This document shows, in pieces, positions 1 to 6,986 of a stretch of DNA of 24,257 nucleotides. How positions within the stretch are numbered: the stretch's first letter is position 1; each line of letters begins with the position of its first letter. Position numbers and translations under genes: made by a program. Source of the stretch: a virus (taxonomy: Duplodnaviria; Caudoviricetes); IMG/VR virus record IMGVR_UViG_3300021964_004483, positions 1-24,257 of that record; one strand, given 5' to 3'. The notes under the pieces are model-generated. The model made no database searches. It had not been told where the DNA came from and saw only the letters and a program-made list of their open reading frames with translations.

Positions 1-61
1 CAATGATTGCTTGAGTAAACTCTTTATTGTTAACATAATGTATTGGGGCAACTTTCGCCAT
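1..61 (-). CDS. gp55: Late-transcription sigma factor gp55, N-terminal fragment (runs off the window start)
   Basis: Hand translation from ATG at 61 gives MAKVAPIHYVNNKEFTQAII. HYVNNKEF is the characteristic N-terminal motif of T4-like gp55. AGGAG RBS just upstream, and the position downstream of uvsW is the usual synteny. Not in the ORF track. Confidence 0.85.
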   Translation of the reverse strand, partial: MAKVAPIHYVNNKEFTQAII

Positions 62-84
62 GTATTTCTCCTACCAATATAACT

Positions 85-113
85 ATCATATTGTAAATAC
101 AGTGTTTTGTAAA
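85..113 (-). promoter_or_regulatory. Sigma70-like (early/middle) promoter for gp55
   Basis: Minus strand reads TTTACA-N17-TATGAT, preceded by CACC. The same CACCTTTACA -35 context occurs at 5046..5055. Confidence 0.6.
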
Positions 114-239
114 GGTGGTTTTGGAATTTTCATCGTATAAAAAAACTCTATCTTTTTTTCAAAACCCACTATGCAAATTACAAAAGTCGTAGTACAATTA
201 ATATGCCCCAGAGGGTAGAGTATATTATATATGGACTAT

Positions 240-644
240 CTATAGTTTCGATTCAAAGTCTTCAATAGCACGTCTAATGCTATCTTCTGCTAGTACACTG
301 CAGTGGATCTTAATGGATGGTAAAGACAGGGCATTTGCGATGTCTTTGTTTTTGATTTCCTTTGCTTCTTCTAGTGTTTTACCTATAAGCATATCAATGA
401 GTTCCGAAGAGGAAGCAATCGCTGATCCACACCCATAGGTTTTAAACTTTACATCCTCTATTATATAGGTGTTATTGTAAGGTTGGCATTTGATCTGTAG
501 TCTCATGACATCACCACATGCTGGTGCTCCTACCATACCTGTACCAACATTCTGTTCTTTAGGATCGAATCGTCCGACGGAAAATGCTTCTGGGTTTTTC
601 AGCACATCCTCAAATCTATCTACTACTTTACTTGAATATGCCAT
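240..644 (-). CDS. iscU: Fe-S cluster assembly scaffold IscU (auxiliary metabolic gene)
   Basis: Motifs GAPACGDVMRLQI, KFKTYGCGSAIASSS and LPSIKIHCSVLAEDSI carry the three conserved Cys plus the Asp and His of IscU/NifU-N. MAYS start. TAATG stop/start overlap with the upstream ORF. Confidence 0.95.
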   Translation of the reverse strand: MAYSSKVVDRFEDVLKNPEAFSVGRFDPKEQNVGTGMVGAPACGDVMRLQIKCQPYNNTYIIEDVKFKTYGCGSAIASSSELIDMLIGKTLEEAKEIKNKDIANALSLPSIKIHCSVLAEDSIRRAIEDFESKL

Positions 645-1153
645 TAATGTATTTTGTCATCATCAGTTAAGACTCTATCTTCAAATCGTTTCGATTTAGA
701 TTGGATATCATCCACAGCATCATCGTTGAGTAAGATTTCCTCTGCGAGTGATCTTGCAGTCTTATCTAAGTAATCTCTGACTCGTTTTTGACCAGTCTGT
801 TGTGAAATAGGGTTTAACATTCGTTTTTCTAAAATCTTCATCCATTCTGTTGCTGCGGAATCATATAGTTTTATGTATTCTGGATTCATTATTGCTCTAA
901 ACAGAATATCTTCTTCTTTAAAGAATAGCACTGCTTCTTTTGCCATTGCTGTAAAAGGCATAAAGTTTGCGATTGTTTCTTTGTTGTCAGGCATTGACGA
1001 TAAGGATACAGACATGGGTGCCCATACTTCTATACCCCTCTGTGAAATCCAACCTCCAGATTCTCTTTCCCTTACCATACCAACTATTTCTTGTCCGTTC
1101 TTAAACCTGATCACTTCGTATCTTTTTGGGGTTGCTTCATAGTTTGATTTCAT
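644..1153 (-). CDS. Hypothetical protein, possibly Sm-like fold, in the uvsW-gp55 interval
   Basis: 169-aa ORF overlapping the uvsW end. N-terminal VIRFKNGQEIVG resembles the small beta-barrel ORFs usually found after uvsW in marine T4-like phages (from memory). Confidence 0.6.
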   Translation of the reverse strand: MKSNYEATPKRYEVIRFKNGQEIVGMVRERESGGWISQRGIEVWAPMSVSLSSMPDNKETIANFMPFTAMAKEAVLFFKEEDILFRAIMNPEYIKLYDSAATEWMKILEKRMLNPISQQTGQKRVRDYLDKTARSLAEEILLNDDAVDDIQSKSKRFEDRVLTDDDKIH

Positions 1154-2576
1154 GTATTTGGTAATCGAATCCTTCAGTTGTATAGATATTTATACGATCT
1201 CTAAGGTGACGAATCGTGTAGTTATCACCATTAAGATTGTCAGCAATATCGTACAATTTAACTTCAGTCTTATCGTCACTTATACGCAGTCCTCTACCGA
1301 TACTTTGTAGATTCCTTATCTTAGATTTGCTTGGAGAAGCAAATACAATATTATCAATACGACGAATATTAATCCCAGTAGAGAATGTCCCATAGGATGC
1401 AAGTATACAAGCATCTCTACTTTCCTCAACCAATCCTCTAACTTGCTCGCGATCTTTCGCATCAGTTCCACCATAAACATAATGTAATTTCTCCTTTAAT
1501 ATGGGTTGCATCATATTGTAAAGTACAACTCCATGTTTCTCAACATATTGGAACAACACGAGTGTGTTTCCCTTTAAACTTTTAACTAGATTGACAATAA
1601 ACTTATTGCGTTTCTCATTAGATACCAAGTAATCCATTTCATCTTGGTATGTCATCTTTGATTGTTTGGGGTGATTTAAAATCAAACAATGTATGCCCAA
1701 CTTAGCAACTGTTCCCTCTTCCATCAGATCATAGGTAGATACCACCTGAGTGAATGGTCCGAACAATCCTTCTAATTGTAATCTATGCACTTGACTGTTA
1801 TCTAATGTACCTGTAGTTCCAAACCTGTAAGTGACATTCTTCATCTTTTCTAAGATACTTGTAAGTGTCTTTGCCTTAAACAAGTGTGCCTCGTCACCCA
1901 CCACTACATCGTATTGGTTCATCCATTCTTTGGGTGCTTTACTAAAAGATTGCCATGTAGATATAGTCACATTAGCATCAAAGTGTTCTTGACCTGAATA
2001 GATCTTACATATGGGTTGATCATAACCATATTCCGCAAAGTCTTTTGCCATTTGCTCAACCAATGAAGTGGTTGGTACGATGATCAATGTTTTACATTCA
2101 TCATCACCTGTTGCTCTTGCCTTTTTATGCTCATACCATTTGTGAAGCATGTATATGATCAAAGACTTGCCACTAGCAGTTGGTGATACTAGCAATCTTC
2201 TATTCTTAGATACTGCCCTTTGTATTGCTTCTAACTGATAGTCTCTGGGTTCAAAGGGTAGATCTAAAGTTTTTGCCCACTCTTTGATTTCTTCAAGTGT
2301 GCGATTCTCCGCATAGTTTACTAGACCATCGGTTTCTAATTCATAGTTATGTTCTTTACAAAATTGATAGATGTAAGGGAATAAACCCATATAGATCTTA
2401 TGGGTTTTGATATTGAATAGACGGATGTATCCATCCCAGAAACGATTGCGAACTGCTGGCATGAATTTTGCTCCAGGAACTTCAAAAGAAAAGAAGTCAA
2501 ACAATTCGCGATAGATGCTATCGTCAGCATCAATTACCATATGGACTTCGTCCACTTTGGTTAGTTTTACTTTCAT
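1137..2576 (-). CDS. uvsW: UvsW SF2 DNA helicase
   Basis: PRDYQ (Q motif), SPTASGKS (Walker A), GDEAH (Walker B), GTTGT, YGTFSTGINI and QSIGRGLR. N-terminal FEVPGAKFMP..WDG.IRLF is typical of UvsW. Confidence 0.95.
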   Translation of the reverse strand: MKVKLTKVDEVHMVIDADDSIYRELFDFFSFEVPGAKFMPAVRNRFWDGYIRLFNIKTHKIYMGLFPYIYQFCKEHNYELETDGLVNYAENRTLEEIKEWAKTLDLPFEPRDYQLEAIQRAVSKNRRLLVSPTASGKSLIIYMLHKWYEHKKARATGDDECKTLIIVPTTSLVEQMAKDFAEYGYDQPICKIYSGQEHFDANVTISTWQSFSKAPKEWMNQYDVVVGDEAHLFKAKTLTSILEKMKNVTYRFGTTGTLDNSQVHRLQLEGLFGPFTQVVSTYDLMEEGTVAKLGIHCLILNHPKQSKMTYQDEMDYLVSNEKRNKFIVNLVKSLKGNTLVLFQYVEKHGVVLYNMMQPILKEKLHYVYGGTDAKDREQVRGLVEESRDACILASYGTFSTGINIRRIDNIVFASPSKSKIRNLQSIGRGLRISDDKTEVKLYDIADNLNGDNYTIRHLRDRINIYTTEGFDYQIHEIKL

Positions 2577-3253
2577 TATCTATATGGGAAACCTTGTACC
2601 CATCCAACTAATGAAATGCGTGTACCTGCTAATACAGGTGTCACTTGATGAAATAAAAAAGAAGGGAATGCTAAAAATGTTCCCTTTGCTTTACACGACC
2701 ATGGTACAGTAGCAATCATAGAATCTAAATCAAATTCTTTACGACCACCATCTCTGCCTAGATCCCAGAACTGTTTCCAGGGTTCTATGAATTGAAAATT
2801 ACCACCCTCATATTCTTGGGGATCGGTCAACTGAATGACCCAAGACAATTTTCTATGCCTACCATCGGGACCTATCTCACCACCATGATCAGCATGCCAG
2901 TGATAATAACCACCTTTCTCACCGACTGGTGCACCATTATAAATGGTGTATTGTAAGTTCTCTTGGTAACATAAATCAAAGTTCCAACCACCTTCATGAT
3001 TAGCACGATTAGTCATTTCAACTACCTTACCCATTAGATGCTCAGGTAATTTTCCTGGTTCGAACCAACCTGTTACAGATTTACGAGATCTAAAATCTAC
3101 TAGATCTTCTTCGTCTTTCATGTCGGGATCATGTTTTCCTAGTCCGACTTTACCTGTACCCAACTGTATGTGTCTTGCTAACTCATGAAACTGATCACAT
3201 TCTTCTGCTGTAAAAGCACCTGGAATCTTATAAAAATAATTGTTTAATATCAT
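2576..3253 (-). CDS. 2OG-Fe(II) oxygenase (prolyl-4-hydroxylase/PKHD-like)
   Basis: YHWHAD (HxD), RKLS, YEGG and FPSFLFHQVTPV..GTRISLVGW (distal His and 2OG-binding Arg). Start moved from 3313 to the ATG at 3253, which forms a TAATG overlap with the uvsY stop. Confidence 0.88.
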   Translation of the reverse strand: MILNNYFYKIPGAFTAEECDQFHELARHIQLGTGKVGLGKHDPDMKDEEDLVDFRSRKSVTGWFEPGKLPEHLMGKVVEMTNRANHEGGWNFDLCYQENLQYTIYNGAPVGEKGGYYHWHADHGGEIGPDGRHRKLSWVIQLTDPQEYEGGNFQFIEPWKQFWDLGRDGGRKEFDLDSMIATVPWSCKAKGTFLAFPSFLFHQVTPVLAGTRISLVGWVQGFPYR

Positions 3254-3699
3254 TAAGCACCAGCCATAAACTTTCGCCACTCTATAATGTTCTTGATAGT
3301 TTGGTGTCTCCACTTTAACATATCAATAATTTCAGAAATGTATTCTATAGTAATCTTGGCAATGTCTAATTTGTTTTTCATAATTTGTAAATCTTTATCA
3401 CTTTCGAAGAAGTAATTGAAATCACCTTTCATAATCTTAAGTCCATTGAAAGGATCATAATCCCAACCAAGATCTTCGATCTCTGATTGCGATAGTTTGC
3501 CATTGAACCATAACCACTTGTTCTTAAGCAGTTCTTTGTATTTCAAATTCAATTTTTTCTCAACTAACTTCCAGTCAGTTAAGTATTCTGAGTATTTAGC
3601 ATGAAGTCGAGGGACGTCTAAAGATGAGACATCTAACTCAATATCATTGATGGAACATTCCTCTGTCCATTCGCTCTTGATCGATTCTAAAGATTTCAT
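3253..3699 (-). CDS. uvsY: UvsY recombination mediator
   Basis: 148 aa, helical. Motifs LD..SL..P.LHAKY, W..Y.G-like WLWFNGK and C-terminal IKNIIEWRKF.AG are typical of UvsY. Synteny between gp3 and uvsW. Confidence 0.88.
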   Translation of the reverse strand: MKSLESIKSEWTEECSINDIELDVSSLDVPRLHAKYSEYLTDWKLVEKKLNLKYKELLKNKWLWFNGKLSQSEIEDLGWDYDPFNGLKIMKGDFNYFFESDKDLQIMKNKLDIAKITIEYISEIIDMLKWRHQTIKNIIEWRKFMAGA

Positions 3700-5005
3700 G
3701 TATAGTTTTATATTTAATGTGTTTACAGTCCATGTCTTTTATCCATGGACCACCTCTTGTAAAGTGAACAGCACCTGCTTTGTAAAAGTTTGCTTCATCA
3801 CTATAACCCTCGCACCAATTCCATCTATCTGGAATAGCACCAATCTTATTGGCATTAGTCCATTGGAACTGATGTAAGTATTGACCAGACTCAGTATTAA
3901 TGACTTCTGGTGTCAATTTCTTGCAGTCTTCATGAGCATTATTGAATACCATGAGACTTGACCATAACTTCTTAGGATACCAAACATCCTTTTCGTTTCC
4001 TAGTTTCTGGCGATAACCTTTATCACTGAAGTCATGCTTTACACAAGATACTGCTTCATCATAATTAACTGACATGATGAGTGGAGTCGGATCTTGTAGG
4101 AAAATAAAGTCATCGTCGCAGAATAAACTTATGCCCTCATAATTTTCTAGATGAGGAATTAGGAAGCGACTATATGTAAACTCAGTTGATTGGTTAGCAT
4201 ACTCTCTAGTGTATTCAGGTATTTGTGATACATCAAGATATTTGATAATGAAAGGGTGCGACCACTTATTGATTGATCTTTCGCATGCTTTTGATGCTGT
4301 ACCATGTCTGCTGTCATACCCAATGTACAGAGTTGGTTTCTTTTCGAACATATGCTTTATCTTAGCATAATGATCATCGTAATTGACTTGGTAGTTTATA
4401 GTTTGGAAACATTCTAAATTGCCCCATCCTCCCCCATTCACAAGAAAGTCTAATGAGAACTCACCTTCTTTGTGCACATGGTTTTGCCAAAAGATATCAC
4501 AATACATTTCAAAGTCTAAAGCAGGATACTCTCTGAATAGTTCGTAAGGATCCCAAATTATAACATTAGGATTCCAGTCTAACCATCTAAGTGCGTTTAC
4601 TCTACCTGTTCCTGGATGTACATGATAAGAAAAGGATAACTGATGATTCTTATTAGCATCATAAGTCAACACACCTTGTGGTGGATATTCTAAACCATTG
4701 CTTTTGATATTATGAATAAGATAATGCATCTTATTGAAATGATACATCCTATTCTGTTCTTCAGTTCTATGGGGTAATGTAGATCCAATTACATCATACT
4801 TGTTTTTGAATGCAAAGTAATCTCTGATTCTAATATGTGTATCTGGTCTCCCATTGTTAATACGAGAATCTACAGTTTTGAGTGGAACATACCTACATGC
4901 TCCAGGAAACTCTTTAAACCATTGTTTTGCTAAAGGTGCTTCTTCACCTTTTTTAGATATGGTTTCAAACTTTTTAGTTTCGCGTGGAAAGTCTTCAAGT
5001 ATCAT
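3644..5005 (-). CDS. Two-domain protein: N-terminal putative ParB/Srx-like domain + C-terminal GT-A glycosyltransferase
   Basis: C-terminal half (~3644..4345) has YIGYD, STEFTYSRFLIP, CDDDF (DxD), CVKHD, YPKKLWSS, WNW and HFTRGGPW, a nucleotide-diphospho-sugar transferase signature. The N-terminal half has IKSNGLEYP and HPGTGRVNAL (weaker call). GAGGA RBS. Confidence 0.8.
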   Translation of the reverse strand: MILEDFPRETKKFETISKKGEEAPLAKQWFKEFPGACRYVPLKTVDSRINNGRPDTHIRIRDYFAFKNKYDVIGSTLPHRTEEQNRMYHFNKMHYLIHNIKSNGLEYPPQGVLTYDANKNHQLSFSYHVHPGTGRVNALRWLDWNPNVIIWDPYELFREYPALDFEMYCDIFWQNHVHKEGEFSLDFLVNGGGWGNLECFQTINYQVNYDDHYAKIKHMFEKKPTLYIGYDSRHGTASKACERSINKWSHPFIIKYLDVSQIPEYTREYANQSTEFTYSRFLIPHLENYEGISLFCDDDFIFLQDPTPLIMSVNYDEAVSCVKHDFSDKGYRQKLGNEKDVWYPKKLWSSLMVFNNAHEDCKKLTPEVINTESGQYLHQFQWTNANKIGAIPDRWNWCEGYSDEANFYKAGAVHFTRGGPWIKDMDCKHIKYKTIHEIFRIDQERMDRGMFHQ

Positions 5006-5022
5006 AATATATCCTCAAGTAT

Positions 5023-5051
5023 ATTCTACTATATTTATCAGGTGTTGTAAA
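5023..5051 (-). promoter_or_regulatory. Composite promoter: sigma70-like TTTACA-N17-TAGAAT with embedded late-like GATAAATA
   Basis: Read directly from the minus strand in the gp3/glycosyltransferase intergenic gap. Confidence 0.6.
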
Positions 5052-5057
5052 GGTGAT

Positions 5058-5600
5058 TTACGAGTTGTCAGAGATGTTGAAGTATGTAAACCTAAAACTG
5101 ATGTTAGATGTTAGAGTAGCAACATCTGTACTTTCACTAGACATTTGAAACCCACCCAATGCTATGGGGAAGGCATCATAAAATCTCATAAACTTATTTG
5201 GATTATTCTTGTTGGTATTGATAACCAGTGTGATATCTTCATACTGCTCTAAATCAGAACCTGTGCCTGTATAAGCATTAGTAGAACTAGAAGTAGTTCC
5301 TGTCAATGCTTTGAAAGTTTCAGGATCATTTGCAGGAGTAATGGCACGCATCCAATCATATACTTCTTTGTAGTTTTTTAGATCTTCATCCACAAGATAT
5401 GTGATGTTTAAGTCCATAAAACTTATCTTATCTCCAGGATAGTATGCATTCACACCAATGTTAGTAGCAAAGATTGCTTCAGAGAAACTTATGTCTGGTA
5501 CTGTAACTGCTGTACAGAAGTATTCTACAGTTGGTAATCTGGGGATCAACAACTTAAAGGATGTTGGTTGTAAATAAGATTTGTTAGTTGGTGTTGGCAT
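5058..5600 (-). CDS. gp3: gp3-like tail tube terminator/completion protein
   Basis: N.SYLQPT.F, VEYFC, PGDKI.F.DL.ITYLVDEDLKNYKEVYDW and F.DAFPI.L indicate a gp19-like fold. Located directly after gp23, as in marine T4-like phages. Confidence 0.8.
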   Translation of the reverse strand: MPTPTNKSYLQPTSFKLLIPRLPTVEYFCTAVTVPDISFSEAIFATNIGVNAYYPGDKISFMDLNITYLVDEDLKNYKEVYDWMRAITPANDPETFKALTGTTSSSTNAYTGTGSDLEQYEDITLVINTNKNNPNKFMRFYDAFPIALGGFQMSSESTDVATLTSNISFRFTYFNISDNS

Positions 5601-5605
5601 ATTAG

Positions 5606-5613
5606 TATTTATA
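5606..5613 (-). promoter_or_regulatory. T4-type late promoter TATAAATA (gp3)
   Basis: Exact consensus, 5 nt before the ATG at 5600. Confidence 0.75.
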
Positions 5614-5614
5614 T

Positions 5615-5641
5615 AAAAAAAAGGGCAGATAAACTGCCCTT
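5615..5641 (-). terminator. Rho-independent terminator after gp23
   Basis: Minus strand AAGGGCAG-TTTAT-CTGCCCTT running into a T tract, about 20 nt after the gp23 stop. Confidence 0.9.
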
Positions 5642-5660
5642 AGAAAACAATCAATTGTTT

Positions 5661-6968
5661 TTATAGAATGTTAGATACTGCTAACTTTCTGTAGTAGAAG
5701 TTAGTACCAGCAGTTGCTAATCCATCAGAAGGAGATGATCCAACGAATGGGTTAGAAATCATTCCATATCGAGTTTTGAACCCGATTTTTGGTTGGAATG
5801 TGTTCTCACCTACTGCACGAACCATTTGTAATGGAACATATGGGCAATAGAAAAGACCTGCGTCATAAGGGTTTGTACCTCTGTATCCGACTGTTAAATA
5901 GTCAACACCAGCATATGGATCAACATATACTTTGAATCTTCCATTTAATACACCAGCAAAAGTATTACCAGTGTCGTCTACATTTAATCCTGTTTGAAGT
6001 GCAGGAGCATAGTCTAACACACCTGACATTGCTAGAGCACTAGCGACGTCTGATGAACATAGAACCATGTTACCTTTACCTCTTCGAGATTCTTTAGCAA
6101 TAGTATTTGCTTCTCTCTCGATTTGGAAAAGAAGTCCTTTGAATTTTTCAACTGACCATCTTCCGTTAGCATCTACATCCAAGTTGAATGTACCAGGAGT
6201 TGATGTTGCAGCAGCACCAGTTTTTGCCTGGATGTTTACTGTTCTAACAACTTCTCTGTTGATTTCTGCTAAGATTTCAGAAGATAGAATGTTTGCTAAT
6301 TCTGCTTCTGCATCAAGACCATGAATTGCTTTAAGGTCTTGTGCTAATTCCATTGTGTATTCTGCTTTTAATGCTCTTGATTTTGCAGTAACAGTTGCTT
6401 TCTCGATTGAGAATGCCATTTCTGCGAAAGAGTTAGAAGAAGAGTCACCCAATGCTTCAGCAGTTGCTGTAGTCATACCTGTTCCAGTTGTATCTTCATA
6501 TGATGGTGAAGATGAGTCAAATGGATCAGTGATCTGTGCTGATAAAGGACCAGCAGCAGTTGGGTTTGCAGCACTGGAGAATCCAGTGTCTGGCTCGTTG
6601 ATGCCTAATGCTTCAGTTTTGCCTGTTCTAGCAACTGTAGGATAGTCGTTGTATCTTGCTTTCATAGCAAAGATAAGACCTGTAGGTCCAGTCATTGGCT
6701 GAACTCCACAAATGTCATATGCGACTAAGTTGGGCATTGCTCTTCTAACTAAAGAGATTAAAATAGGATCCCAATTTGAAATTGGTGAACCTGTAGAGTT
6801 TAATGGCGATGCTTCTGCAAGCATTGCAGCATCTTCTCTAAGTGCTTTTTCTTGGTTTTCAAGAATAACTGTAGTGACTGCCTTTCTGTAGGGATCCTTA
6901 ATCTCTGAGACTTCAGGATGCTCTAGAATAGGTTGCCACTTTTCTTGTAATTGTTCTGTCATAAACAT
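5661..6968 (-). CDS. gp23: Major capsid protein gp23
   Basis: L.EKW.PIL, WDPILISLVRRAMPNL.AYDICGVQPMTGPTGLIFAM, SRALKAEYT.ELAQDLKAIHGLDAEAELANILS.EI and FQPKIGFKTRYG. Confidence 0.98.
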   Translation of the reverse strand: MFMTEQLQEKWQPILEHPEVSEIKDPYRKAVTTVILENQEKALREDAAMLAEASPLNSTGSPISNWDPILISLVRRAMPNLVAYDICGVQPMTGPTGLIFAMKARYNDYPTVARTGKTEALGINEPDTGFSSAANPTAAGPLSAQITDPFDSSSPSYEDTTGTGMTTATAEALGDSSSNSFAEMAFSIEKATVTAKSRALKAEYTMELAQDLKAIHGLDAEAELANILSSEILAEINREVVRTVNIQAKTGAAATSTPGTFNLDVDANGRWSVEKFKGLLFQIEREANTIAKESRRGKGNMVLCSSDVASALAMSGVLDYAPALQTGLNVDDTGNTFAGVLNGRFKVYVDPYAGVDYLTVGYRGTNPYDAGLFYCPYVPLQMVRAVGENTFQPKIGFKTRYGMISNPFVGSSPSDGLATAGTNFYYRKLAVSNIL

Positions 6969-6986
6969 AGTTAATTACCTTTTCTC

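Noticed and set aside
3254-3313. ORF-track N-terminal extension of the oxygenase (METPNY...)
   Set aside because: It lies inside uvsY. The ATG at 3253 gives a TAATG coupling and a more plausible start.
5644-5661. Short AT-rich palindrome AAAACAAT-CA-ATTGTTTT after the gp23 stop
   Set aside because: It is a weak, AT-rich stem. The adjacent GC-rich hairpin already explains termination.
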